A DNA stretch of 58,813 bases from Octopus bimaculoides (Eukaryota). Where the stretch lies: contig NC_068982.1 of NCBI RefSeq assembly GCF_001194135.2, forward strand, positions 101,387,304-101,446,116, given 5' to 3'. Position 1 is the stretch's first letter. Every line of letters begins with the position of its first letter. The notes under the pieces are model-generated. The model saw only the letters and a program-made list of their open reading frames with translations. It had not been told where the DNA came from and did not search any database. Made by a program: the position numbers and the translations under genes. Positions 11,701 through 24,589 of the stretch are shown here, piece by piece.

Positions 11701-12407
11701 AATATACAGATACCTATACATAAATTACTTAGATTGAAAGATAACTGAATGTATATACGAACTGAAATATAAATTACTTAGATTGAAACATAATTGAATG
11801 TATATATATATATATATATATACAGATATACACGGATGCATACATACAAACATACACACAATATGCACACACACATACACACACATATACATACACACAT
11901 GTATATACACACATGCATACATATATAAATATATTTACATGTATACACATATATGCATGTATATGTGTGTTTCTGTTCCCGCGATGTCAATGTGTATATG
12001 TGTGTGCACGCGCGTGCGTGTTGATAGACAAATAGATAAATATGCTGTCATATTATTTGTACAACAACAAAAGAAGTAAAAAGAAAAAAAGACAATTCCG
12101 CGAAGTAATGGAAAGTGAGACGATGGATGGTGGAATTTAAATGAAAAGGGTCATTGTGAGAAATATCTCTACTAGAGAAGTGTTGAAAATAGGAGCGGTT
12201 TAGTCATAATATAAGAACCATTAACACGTTTCATTAAAGAAATGGCCTTGGAAGTATCATTGGCCGTACATAATATGTTAGCTGGGCATTTGTTATTCTA
12301 GGAAACAACGAAAGATTATTCAGCACCAGATATGCAAATGATTTTGTTACATATCTATTTCTATCACTCCACCTAAACTTCCAGAAATAGATTTACTAGT
12401 AGACTTA

Positions 12408-12715
12408 CTAGTGTTCTGCCTATGTTTACAAGTTAGCAACTAATAATTTTGCCATTATTAACTCTTGAAAACCAAGCCAAGTAAAATGCTTCAATATAAA
12501 CCGCTTTTGCATGGGTACAAAGCAACAGATTTAATATAAACGTAATATAAACACTACTCTAAACCTAGATTAATCTAATGTTCTACGCGTGACAACAAGT
12601 AAGCAACTAATACTTTTGCTGTTATTAGCTATTTAAAACTAGACTAAGAGTATCAATATAAACTGCTCTCAGATTAGTACAAAGGATCTGATTTAATACA
12701 AACTTAATATAGATT
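12408..12715. repeat. Degenerate tandem duplication, unit about 170 bp, about 2 copies
   Basis: tgttct..acaagt.agcaactaata.ttttgc..ttatta.ct..tcaatataaac.gct..gtacaaag..gatttaata.aaac.taatata occurs at both about 12410 and about 12580. Confidence 0.7.
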
Positions 12716-12956
12716 TGTGACTAGAAATTGGTTGACGAAAAGTATGTGGAAGCCATTCCAAGGGTTTCTTTCGATTGTTCAGTGTTAGACATAATGCATG
12801 AGCTGGTTTAAAATGCCAATCTGATTCTTGTGTGCCTTTAATGAAGTATTAATTGGTTAACGAAGCAATATGCGACTGCATGTCAATGAAATTTTGAATA
12901 AAAGATGACCCATTCGCTCATATGAACATATACATACACGTGTCATTCACTCATTT

Positions 12957-13395
12957 ATGTTGTTGTTGTTGGCATTCCGTCGCTTACGACGTCGAGGGTT
13001 CCAGTTGATCCGATCAACGGAACAGCCTGCTCGTGAANNNNNNNNNNGTTCCAGTTGATCCGATCAACGGAACAGCCTGCTCGTGAAATTAAAGTGCAAG
13101 TGGCTGAGCACTCCACAGACACGTGTACCCTTAACGTGGTTCTCGGGGATATTCGGCGTGACACAGTGTGACAAGGCTGAACGTTTGAATTACAGGCACA
13201 ACAAAAACAGAAAGTAAGAGTGAGAGAAATTTGTGGTGGAAAGGTACAACAGGGTTCGCCACCATCCCCTGCCGGAACCTCGTCGAGCTTTAGGTGTTTT
13301 CGCTCAATAAACACTCACAACGCCCGGTCTGGGAATCGAAACCGNNNNNNNNNNNNNNNNNNNNNNNNNNNCTGCCCTAACCACTGGGCCATTGC
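12957..13395 (-). mobile_element. tRNA-derived SINE family C with (CAA)n tail
   Basis: Minus-strand A-box tggcccagtggttagggcag and B-box ggtttcgattccc. The 3' end gagcaggctgttccgttgatcggatcaactggaacc..gacggaatgccaacaacaac is homologous to 2747-2822. Confidence 0.85.
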
Positions 13396-13445
13396 ACCTC
13401 CACTCTCATTTATGTAGATATATTAATACAATCATATAGAAATAT

Positions 13446-13490
<45 letters not shown>

Positions 13491-13590
13491 TGAATAGATA
13501 TATATACGCAAATACATACACACACGGATATACACATTATCCCTCACACACATGTATGTATCTTATTCTGAAACAAGAATACTACTGAGT

Positions 13591-13730
13591 GTGAGTTTGA
13601 AGTTTCGGTCACCTAAGCCATATTGTCGGACTGTGATACATTGAAGTTAATCTTGGTTTTATATAGTTTCTCTTGAGATAAAATATTCCTTGAGTATGTG
13701 GGTTTGAGTGCAGTGGTAATTAAGTTTTAG
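13591..13730 (-). mobile_element. Decayed copy of the hammerhead-bearing terminal repeat (homologous to 10485-10620)
   Basis: Aligns by eye at about 70% with 10485-10620 (e.g. ttttatatagt..ttgag.taaaatattcc). The core is decayed (CCGACAA), but this copy retains the stem-I arm ACAGU complementary to the ACUGU seen in the other copies. Confidence 0.7.
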
Positions 13731-15321
13731 AGTGAGTTGTTAATATTTCTTCAGCTTTGCAGGTGAAAATATAGTCTTAGAAAACTTTTATGATTGTCCC
13801 TAATGGGACTAGTAGAATTTTTCTACTTTTCGAACCCCTGAATCTATAGAGGTGTTATAAAAGTATGATGTTCCATTTGCCAATCACATTGTTGCTGCTG
13901 TTATATAGTCAAGATATCAATATCCAAGGATATTTAGGTTTCAAAGGTTTCCCAATTATCGCACATTGATATCCGCGATTCTGAACTCCCCCACCTCCAA
14001 ATGGGAATTTCCATTTTGAGTCATTTCCAAGGGATGAAAATTGATATTTAGAATATTTTAAATTCTGTATTTTTACCTTTCTATACTCATCATCAGGTTT
14101 ATTTTCAGAATATATATGATTTTATATAGTCTCAACTCAGTGATAAGAAGTTATTCTGGTTCAAAAATTGAAAAAACAAAACAAAAAAAAAAACAAGTCA
14201 AGAAGAAACACCGAATTTCCAAACTTTTTAATTTTGTCCCGTTTTTGACAAACCCGTTGCACAAGTAAAAAAGCTTTAAAGTGAGTGAATTCACATGTTC
14301 TGTTAAGATTTCGCACCTTACTGTCAGATTAGAGAAGTTCGGATGCACTTCATCTATTGTTATTAAGTAATCGCGGCCTAATCTTTAATAAAAAAAAAAA
14401 AAATAGCCCCGAAGACATAGATATAATTTTCAGTTGGCAATTTTTTCTACAATGGCTGAGTTAAAAGAAAATCCAATAATTTTTATTATTTTCTTTTTTT
14501 TTTTTATGATAAAATGAAACTTTAACTGCTCAATCTAGTAGGTTGGATGGCTGTCTTTCCTAGGCTAACTGTTTGATGCGTTTTCGCGAAACAACGGCAT
14601 TAAGGAGTTCTAGCATAATAAATGTTTACGTGATAGGCCCACCGATAATATATGAGTTAAATACCACACACACACACACAAACACACATACACACATACA
14701 TTATATATATAGAGAGAGAAGTGTTAGATACATGTGATTGTATGTGTGTGCGCATGTGTGGTGTGAGAGCACCTATATTGATATTAGATATGTATGCGTA
14801 TGTTTGTGGTTATAACTATAGCTGTCGTCAGCTATATAGAACATAAAACAAAAACTTCATTAAAGAACAATATAGATTTCACGATTTTATTTGTATTTTT
14901 CATTATGGCAGAAAAAATGAAAGAAAAAATAATGTTAGTCTATAAAAGAAAGAATAATGTTATTTCAGGTAATGGGTATGGGACTTGGGAAAGCTGGAAA
15001 TAGCTTTTTAAAATTGAATTAATTTTTATTTTTTGTGTTGTTCATTTTTGTTTCTCAAATGTTTTACGGTATATGAATGTCCCCCTGGTTACAAAATGTT
15101 ATTTGAATCACTTTATATTTTAAGCTGCTGTATTCACCGATCTACTCAACAAACAATTAATTATGCTCGATAAATTTTTGTTGTCCTTTTTTTGTTTTCT
15201 TGTTTTGTTAATCAGTTGTTTATAAAATTTTTATTTTTTTTTCCATTTTTCTAGCTACATAATAGCGCAAGCGAATACAGATTTTTTTATTGTCTTATTT
15301 TACAATAATAGATCACTTCAC

Positions 15322-15452
15322 CTTATGATTGTAGCTGCGATCGGTATTAAACTGTTGGTTACGCCATTTTGGGTAGTAGGTATGATGTACGACAATATTA
15401 CAGTTTTCTCTCCCCCCCACCCCGTTACTATAATTTCTATTCGTTGTTGTGA
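15322..15452 (-). CDS. Weak candidate exon
   Basis: Long pyrimidine tract plus ctgaag| acceptor and a weak aag|gtgaag donor. Open frame (V)TTTNRNYSNGVGGRENCNIVVHHTYYPKWRNQQFNTDRSYNHK, phase 1-0. Confidence 0.18.
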
Positions 15453-16231
15453 CTTCAGGCAGTAAAGAAGAGAGAGGGACAGAAAGAGAGAAAAAATCAA
15501 AAAATATTCCCACCCAAAATAAACTAAATTTGTTTTCCGTTAATGATCAGTTTAATTGAGATTAAATAAGAACATTAATTTGTATGTTGTATATTCTTGT
15601 GTTTACACCTATTCTGGATGAGTGATCGGCGTTAAGTTTAATTAAGGACAAAAATTCTTTACTGTTGTTGTAAATAAAAATGAGAAATCAAAACAAATTG
15701 AACAAAGGAATGAAAACAAATGCCTGCTTGTCAAAATCTTCAAGCGTGTAATATTCTTTTGTCTATTAATGCACATACCGCAGATTTCAGCTAGAAACGA
15801 AAACTGCTTCCGTTAAAGTGAAGTAAAAAAATAATAAATAAATATAAAAAAATAAAATAGAACTAAGAAATAAAAAAGCAAAAAAATAAATAAGAAAGGT
15901 CTTTGATATGTTTGATGATTGAGCATTAACAAAATATTATCACTCATTCTTTAGTTCTATTCTTCAATTCCACCCGCCAAACGCATTGTATAAACATAAC
16001 TTCCTGTGTATGTAGGTTTTTGTTTCTGTTTCCTATACATGTTTACAGAATATGGATTATTGGCACAATGCTATTACTATGCACTATCACCATGTACTAA
16101 GAAAGGAGCCTATAAGTGGTAGCTCCATTTGTTGGAATTAGTAGTAGCCAAATCTCTTTCGAATTTGACAGAACCGTCTTTAAAATGGATGAGGATACCG
16201 GATAATGTAGTAGGTATAAGGAAAGACTGAA

Positions 16232-16405
16232 GATCTTATGGAGGGAGCTAGTCGATTATGTCGACCCCAGTGCTCGACTGATAATTACTTTATCGACTCC
16301 GAAAGATGAAATGAAAGTCGATTTCGGCGGAATTGGCATTCAGAACGTAAAGAGCCACAAAAAATACTGTCCGACACGCTAACAACTTTATCAGCCCGCC
16401 ACCTT
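16232..16405 (-). mobile_element. SINE family B
   Basis: gtcgattatgtcgaccccagtgctc..tttatcgactccgaaagatgaaa..aagtcgatttcggcggaatt..tcagaacgtaaaga. Confidence 0.75.
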
Positions 16406-17414
16406 CATGAAAATAAGTAAGTTTGAACGTTAGTTGAATGTAAGTTCGATACATAGAACCAAGCATTCTGTTGTAAATCCACCCATGGACATCATTCGAA
16501 AGTGACGATTCTGCAATAAATAAATGTCTTATCGTCATTTTTAGTGTTTAGCAATTAATAGTTATTTCGCATCTTAGCTACAACGTTAATTAAGGACAGC
16601 TTCTTCTCGGGAGATATTCGAACCAGTCTAGCATTAGAAGTTTATGAAATGGTTGCCTATGTTACATGTAAACCAATATATATAGTAGTTATTGCGAGAA
16701 AAAATGCCTCGACGACATTAATTTACACATTAAACAAGCTGAGCCAACGAGGAAACCACTATGCGGTCGCTCTACTATCAGATATAGCAGCCAACTCTTG
16801 CTCAAACTACAATCTAAAGTCTTATAAAAATAGGAGCATTTTGGATATTGAATTTTTATATATTGTGTCCGGAAAATTCAAATAGAAAGACGGAATGGGC
16901 ACGGCTGAATCGCCTTTGATTGCACGGCAACAAGAATTACAACGACTAAAATAACAACAAATGCAACACTAACTTCAGCAAAAACATTAAACTGTATTTC
17001 CTATTGCAGTGATTTACATGTAGGTGAAATAAGCGACTTAGAGAAAAGTTTCTATACTAGTGAGCAGCTTTAAACTCTCAATCCCAAGACCAATAGAAGA
17101 TTCGATCAATACAATGACGTACGAAACATTTCCTAGTCAATTTCAGAAACCAAGGATCGAAGGAGATGATGCTTATCTCCATATTCACTAATGTCAAGTG
17201 TTAAATTTTGGAGATCCAAAAGAGCACAACTCCTTTCACAAACCAAGTCAGAGAAAATAAACGAGGCTAGTTAATATACTGCAAGCAAGAAATCCAACCT
17301 TCGGCACTGCAGTTATTTTTCCGCTGTTTTTTCGGATTCTCATGGTTCTCTGTGGTCATCCAATTCCATTATCATTATTATCCACAATAATAATTCCATT
17401 ATTATTATTATTAT

Positions 17415-17994
17415 TGTTCAGTAGTTTTATTTTTATGACGTGCTTTCACTTTACTACCGAGCGCAGCTCTGTGCGCCTTGGGTATGTGCTGTGGTTTGCT
17501 GTGGTGCTCTTATGTTTACTGTATTGAAAGTGTTTTGCGTAGAATGTGTGCAGTACCCAGTAGTGCAATTTTCTGTATGTTATATATATTTGTTTGTCCT
17601 GGTGTTTTTGTTATGTATTTGTCTGAATATTTTTTTNNNNNNNNNNNNNNNNNNNNNNNNNNNNNNNNNNNNNNNNNNNNNNNNNNNNNNNNNNNNNNNN
17701 NNNNNNNNNNNNNNNNNNNNNNNNNNNNNNNNNNNNNNNNNNNNNNNNNNNNNNNNNNNNNNNNNNNNNATTAGAAGGCATTTTTTTTCTTCATGATCTT
17801 TGACAACTATATCTGGTCTATTTGCCTTAATTTCTCTATCTGTGTGTATTGGCATATCCCAGAGTATGGTTGCTTTCTCGTTTTCTGTGACCTTTTCTGG
17901 CGTGTGTTTATACCATCTTTTTTCTGTTGTTATTCCATAGTGTTGGCATAGCTTCCAGTGTATATAGGTCCCAGCTCTGTCGTGTCTGTGAATA

Positions 17995-17996
<2 letters not shown>
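17415..17996 (-). mobile_element. 5'-truncated Dong/R4-clade non-LTR retrotransposon in a (TAA)n tract
   Basis: 17995-17770 translates YIHRHDRAGTYIHWKLCQHYGITTEKRWYKHTPEKVTENEKATILWDMPIHTDREIKANRPDIVVKDHEEKKCLL, with RHD and an intact RPD RLE motif. After the gap it reads KYSDKYITKTPGQTNIYNIQKIALLGTAHILRKTLSIQ* (stop 17516-17518), followed by an approximately 100-nt 3' UTR. (AAT)n lies on both flanks. Confidence 0.9.
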
Positions 17997-18058
<62 letters not shown>

Positions 18059-18619
18059 GTTGTTGTTGTTGTTGTTGTTGTTATTATCCAATTCCATTAT
18101 TATTATTGAATAAGGGGTTTGAATCGTAATGAATCTTCCATTAGCTGGTTACTTAAACACGGATGCTACCTCTACGGATATATTGCAGCTACTCCCTTGA
18201 TAGAGGTTGGTGATCCTGATTGTTGGTCTTCTAGGATTCCTCCTCTCAAGGTCAATGTAAGAAGCACCGTTGCCTCAGTTGAGTTCTTCCGCTGCCTCTT
18301 CACAATATACATGCTGCAGTCCATGACTTCACTCTAACTATGCAGGGCACGGTCGTCACTCCGTGAAGTATTTTCTTACTACTCGTACTGCATATCAACA
18401 TATAAAGTTCCTCACTGTCCCCGCTGCTTACACCAATAGATTATACTACTAACATTCTAAGACGAGGATAGAGCTAGCGAGAGGGCCTCTTTCAAGTAGT
18501 TCCATGAAGTATATGCATTCCATCATTCACAAGTTGCACTGCTGTTATGCTTTCACTCAATTTCCATCTTTCAAATTGCAGTTACAAAAGGCTAAACTTG
18601 CCCAAGACACTGCATAATA

Positions 18620-18828
18620 ATTCTTTTTACCATAGGCACAAAGTCTGAACTTTTTGAGGAAATGGCAGTCGATTATACAGACCCTAGTACTTGACACGTA
18701 ATTATTTTATAGACCCTGAAAAGATAAGCCTCAACAAAGTCGACCCCGTCGGAATTTGAACTCAGAACGCAAAACTGCAAGGACTACATTTGTCCAGCGT
18801 GCTAACGATTTTACCAGCTCGCTACCTT
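18620..18828 (-). mobile_element. SINE family B
   Basis: ttctttttaccataggcacaa..gtcgattatacagaccctagtact..aaagtcgacc..ggaatttgaactcagaacg..gtgctaacgattttaccagctcgc. Confidence 0.75.
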
Positions 18829-19369
18829 AAAGTTCCGGAATTTCAACCATGTTTCGTGGTCTGCTGCCACAACAGCTCCTTTATAGGATTCAGTTAGCTC
18901 AAGACATCATCAGGAAGAACAACGTCCGGTTTCGGCGCCTACTCCTCTACCGTTTTGACTTGGCACACCCCTCCCTTTCGGAGGTGTCTTCAGCTCTGGT
19001 GTTGAGTGCATGTCTTCTCTCTTCTGTTCCCTGGCCTCTTCGATGCAGCGTCAACGAATGTCAGCAGCCGACCGACTGTCTTGTCAAATTTCCCTTTAAA
19101 TTTCCCTACTAGATTGAACAGGGAAGAAATTGGTTGTGAAGGGAATTCTTAATCACACCGTCATACCAGCGACTATGATGTAGAAGTGATTGCCTGAACA
19201 AAAGAACGAATAAACAAGCAGACAAACAAGGTGTGCAGCATAACAATTTATTTCAATATACTGGATGAAGGTCGTTGGGTACGTTCGAATGCGAAAGTAA
19301 ACCAATGCTGCCAACGAAGAATTTAGAAACATCGATAACATTGACTCCAACGATGGAAAGTTCAGTGGT

Positions 19370-20339
19370 TTGGTAGTGATGACGGCAGTGATTATGCTGG
19401 TGATGTTGATGCTGGTAATATGATAATAAGGAGTGGGTGATGGTGAGTGGGGCGTCGTTAGAGGTAATTCTAGTGGTATAATGGAATGATAATGGAGGCT
19501 GTGGGGGTAGTTATTGAGATAGTTGTGGCGCTCGGAGGATTGGTGGTAGTAGAAAGTCATAGGTGGTGGTAGTGATAGGAGTGGAGGTGGTGTGATGGTG
19601 GTGGTGGTGGTTGTGATAGTGGTGGTGGTGGTAGTAGTGATGATGGTAGTGGTGNNNNNNNNNNATTGAGATAGTTGTGGCGCTCGGAGGATTGGTGGTA
19701 GTAGAAAGTCATAGGTGGTGGTAGTGATAGGAGTGGAGGTGGTGTGATGGTGGTGGTGGTGGTTGTGATAGTGGTGGTGGTGGTAGTAGTGATGATGGTA
19801 GTGGTGATAGCAGTTGTAGTGTTGGTGGTGGTTGTGGTGGTGCTGGCAGTGGTGGTAGTGACGGTGATAGTAGGATAGTGCCGGGGATATCGGTGGTGTT
19901 ATAATGGTGGCTGTTTGGTGAAGATAATGTTTGTGGGCGAAGTTGTTCAGATCATTGTTACGAGAGTAGCATCAGTGGTAGTGATAGTGTTGGTGATAGT
20001 GATATACTTATGAGGGTATTGGTGCTAGTAGTGGTGGTGGTAGAGTGATGAACACATGGATGGTAACGGCTGATGGTGTAGCTGTCGTAGTGGTGAAGTT
20101 GTGATGTTGGTAGTAGTGGTGATGGTGGTGTGTTAGTGGTGGTGGAGGTTGTGGTGGTAGTGGTGATGGTGGTGATGGTAGTAGATGATACCAATGGCAC
20201 CAGCAGTTTAGTGACGAGTGCAGTGGTGGTGATATTAGTACTAGTCTTGTGGGGGTTATGACAGAGTGGGTATTACAGTGGGGGTAAGGATAACGGTGCT
20301 CAAGGTAGTGGTATCAGTGGTAATTGCAGTTAGGTGGTG

Positions 20340-20371
<32 letters not shown>

Positions 20372-20706
20372 TGCTGTTGTTGTTACTGTTGTTGTTGCGG
20401 TATTAGTAGTGGTAGTAGTGGTGGGTGAAACTATAGCGTGTTGGTCACAGGTGTTGTAGTGGTATGATGCGCTAGTAGTAATCGTAGCGTAGGGGTGCAG
20501 AGGTGACATTTTCCCTTATGGTGGAGAATAAGGTGGTAGTACTGACACCAGAAATGGTGGTGATATACTGCTAGTATCATTGTTATTAGTACTAATAATA
20601 ATAGTAGTACGAGTAGAGCAGAATGGGGATTCTGGTGATGATTGCGGGTATAGCAGTAGCAGTTGCGGTAGCAAGGGTAGTAAGTGTTGTGGTATTGGTG
20701 GTAGCG

Positions 20707-20754
<48 letters not shown>

Positions 20755-20884
20755 GTAGTAGTAGTAGTAGTAGTAGTCGTAGTCGTCGTCGTAGTAGTAG
20801 TAGTAGATGTGGTGGTGGTGGTGGTGGTGGTATTAATGCTGACGATGATGATGACGATGATGATGACGATAATGATGCTGATCC

Positions 20885-20933
<49 letters not shown>

Positions 20934-20940
20934 AACGATA
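19370..20940. repeat. About 1.6-kb cryptic trinucleotide array (GGT/AGT/GAT/ATT)n
   Basis: Direct reading; this is the source of the spurious poly-V/S/D/I ORFs. Confidence 0.92.
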
Positions 20941-21616
20941 TTTGTAATGAGAAATTGATAACATCGACCGACCAATAAAGGAAAACAAAACTAAACAAAA
21001 CAAAAACAAAAACAAAAAAAAAAGTAAAATAGAAAAGAGACAGAAACAGACTGAGAGAGAAGTGAAATATGAAAACACAAAAGTCTCGGGATGCTGGGAA
21101 AAATAGCGGGTGGATAGATGGAAGAATAATATTTATTTATTCATTTATTTTGCACGGAAATTTATTTCGAAGACAAATAATAAAACAACTACAGAAATAA
21201 CGAAAAACAAAAACAAAAATAAGACAAAAAAAAAAAAATAAGGAAAAAATTGAGGAGGAGGGGGTTTAGAGAAAGAAAAAGGAAGTTGAAGCAGGAATCT
21301 GAAGACAGTCTGTGAAATCAATTGAAAGCATGTCTAGATCGATATCACATGCTACCTTTACTTGACACTGATGTATTCCAACCGTATAAATTTATGTGGA
21401 AAACATGGCGAACAGCAGCGACCAAAGAATGCTCCCACTTCGAAAGTAACGAGATATTATGTACAAACACATACACACACACAGACACACACAGACACAC
21501 ATATATGTATATATATGAGCACATACACTAACACATATTCACAAATATTACACACATTCTCTTTTTCTCACTGTCTCCCGCTTTCTCCTCCCACCCCCTC
21601 TCTCTCTCACTATATA

Positions 21617-21688
<72 letters not shown>

Positions 21689-22008
21689 TTTGGAAGCCCT
21701 TTACTCAAACCTCATCCTTGCTTGCAATGAGGTTATGTTGTTTAATGCTACCCCACCTCCCATTCATAAAGCAGCGTAGCCGATTCTGAAAGATCAATAG
21801 ATAGACAGATGTATACTTCGATATAAAGCGGTTTGTATGTATGTACGTATGTATGTTTGTTTGTATGTATGTATGTATNNNNNNNNNNGATATAAAGCGG
21901 TTTGTATGTATGTACGTATGTATGTTTGTTTGTATGTATGTATGTATGTATGTATGTATGTATGTATCTATCTATCTATCTATCTATCTCTATATATATT
22001 TATATACA

Positions 22009-22052
22009 TTTCTTTTATTAGCCACACAGGGCTCAACGAAGATGGGACTTAT
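22009..22052 (-). mobile_element. Very short 3'-end copy of the 48540 retroposon family
   Basis: The reverse complement gtcccatcttcgttgagccctgtgtggctaataaaagaaa differs by 1 nt from the 48.68-48.72 kb terminus. Confidence 0.55.
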
Positions 22053-22105
22053 ATAGATCGATCGATCGATAGATAGATAGATAGATAGATAGCTAGAAAG
22101 TGAGT

Positions 22106-22146
<41 letters not shown>

Positions 22147-22334
22147 AAGGAGAGACAGAGAGTGGGAAAGAGAATAGTATTTAACTGTTAAATTATGTCG
22201 ATTCAAGAAGAATGAAAAGCGAAATTAACCTCGGCATGATTTTTAACTTAAAGCGCTACTAACCGACGCACATAGGCGACTGCGCGCGCACATATACGCA
22301 CATTCTTACAACTATGTTTGCACCCACATCTGCT

Positions 22335-22600
22335 TACCTACCTACCTACCTACGTATTTACCTNNNNNNNNNNACAACTATGTTTGCACCCACATCTGCT
22401 TACCTACCTACCTACCTACGTATTTACCTACCTACCCACCTACCTACCTACCTACCTACCTACCTACCTACCCACCCACTCATACCAACCAGCCAACCAC
22501 CTACTTACCTACCTACCACCTACCTACCTACCTACCTACCTACCTAAATACCAACCAGCCAACCACCTACCGACATACCTACCTACCTACCTACCTATCA
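22335..22600. repeat. (CCTA)n microsatellite with ccaaccagccaaccac variants
   Basis: Direct reading. Confidence 0.92.
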
Positions 22601-22994
22601 GCACTTTAAGACTGACATTCAAATTTAAAGAAGTCCATTGGTGCATGAACCCCAGACGCTCACCACCAGAAGAACTGGTGTGTAAGAATTTTGTAGCGTA
22701 ACTTATAAGTCAAAGAAGAAGGCGAAGAGGCAAAGTAGCAGAAGTTTAATACTCAGTTAAATCATTTCAGTACCCTTCCCTTTCAAACCGAATTCTTTAA
22801 AAATTGTCACAAAATATTCAATATCTGTATAAAGCTACGCATGGCTGAATATACAAATGTGGTACTTTATCAGTCTATTGCCATGGTTTATTACTACAAC
22901 GCATGGTGTTCGAGTAAAGCGAATTAGTGTTGCTGTAGGGAGGAACCAGACAATGAAAATAAAAAATTAAAGTAATAAAATTATTTTTTTCAAA

Positions 22995-23980
22995 GTCTGG
23001 CACGAGGCAAGGAATTTTGGTTGATTACATCGACCCCACCTCCAAAGCTAAGCTGGTGCTATTTTATCGATCTCAAAACAGTGAATGATAAGGTCGGCCG
23101 TGGCAGCCGGAAGGAATACCGCTAAGCATTTTACCCGGAACGGTAGTCGACTTGATAATAATTATTGTTTAAAAGGCGGCGAGCTGCCAGAAAGGTTAGC
23201 ACGCCGGGAGAAATGCTTCGCGGTATTTCGTCTATCTTTACGTTCTGAGTTCNNNNNNNNNNNNNNNNNNNNNNNNNNNNNNNNNNNNNNNNNNNNNNNN
23301 NNNNNNNNNNNNNNNNNNNNNNNNNNNNNNNNNNNNNNNNNNNNNNNNNNNNNNNNNNNNNNNNNNNNNNNNNNNNNNNNNNNNNNNNNNNNNNNNNNNN
23401 NNNNNNNNNNNNNNNNNNNNNNNNNNNNNNNNNNNNNNNNNNNNNNNNNNNNNNNNNNNNNNNNNNNNNNNNNNNNNNNNNNNNNNNNNNNNNNNNNNNN
23501 NNNNNNNNNNNNNNNNNNNNNNNNNNNNNNNNNNNNNNNNNNNNNNNNNNNNNNNNNNNNNNNNNNNNNNNNNNNNAGGTCGTTTACATCAACCCTCGTT
23601 CTCAACTGGTACTTATTTAATCGATCCTAAAAGAACGAAAAGCAAAGTCGCCCCTCGGCAGAATTTGAACTCATAATGTAAAGGTGGACGAAGTACCGCT
23701 AAGCATTTCGTCCAGTGTGTGAACGATTTTGCCAGTTTACCACCCTCTCGATAATAATAATGGTTTCAAATTTTTGCACAAGACTAGCAGTTTATGGAAA
23801 AGAGGTTAAGACGTTTAAACCGACCCCAGTACTCAACTCGTAGTTTTTTTTATCGACCCCGAAAGGATAAAAGGCTAAGTCAACGTCGGCGGAATTTGAA
23901 CTCAGAATGTAAAGACGGACGAAATGCCGCAAAGCATTTGACCCAGCATGCTAACCGTTCTGCCAGCTCGCTGCCTTTGT
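22995..23980. mobile_element. Cluster of four SINE family B copies (-22995..23150, +23172..23252 into a gap, -23578..23745, -23760..23980)
   Basis: Each is homologous to 57278-57483 in the orientation stated. Confidence 0.8.
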
Positions 23981-24589
23981 CTCGATAATAATAACGAAAA
24001 CAACAATAATGATAAGAATAAGGAAAACAATGATATTACTAGTAGTGATAGGCAATAATAAAATACTAGATTGTAATAAAAACCCAGCGTACGCAGAGAC
24101 GATTACCAGTAGGGTCTCGGTAATATTAACAATAATAAAAACAATAAAAGCGATAGAGTTACTCGGTAATAAAACTTTTAGATCCAGCAAGAGACACTAC
24201 GTCGGTGATGAGGGACATAGGCAAGAAGTCTGTAGTTTATCTTCTTCAACGAAGCTAGATAACGTAGCTTGACAGAATATAGAGACAGACTAATCAAAAG
24301 CGATAGTAATGACATTCGAACCCCATATGCCAATGTTCAGATATAGGGTTGTTAGTGAAAAGGAGGGGAGAGAGAAAGAGAGTGGGGAGGAACCATTTAA
24401 AGAATAAATACAGAAAAAACACACATTTCATACAGAAAATACACACATTTCACGAGATGTTAGTAAGTTAGAATAGTAAGAAAACAATCGGCTAATTAGT
24501 GAGTTTAGCTATTAAAACCCCATGCAAGGGGAATTAGTTCAAATTATATTTCAAACGGATAAGATAATGCAGCATCCCGATCATATTCC

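Noticed and set aside
20516-20998. ORFs with poly-S/D/I/V/H runs, plus the many MYVC/HT/YLSI ORFs across the window
   Set aside because: They are translations of microsatellites or run through Ns, with no domain content.
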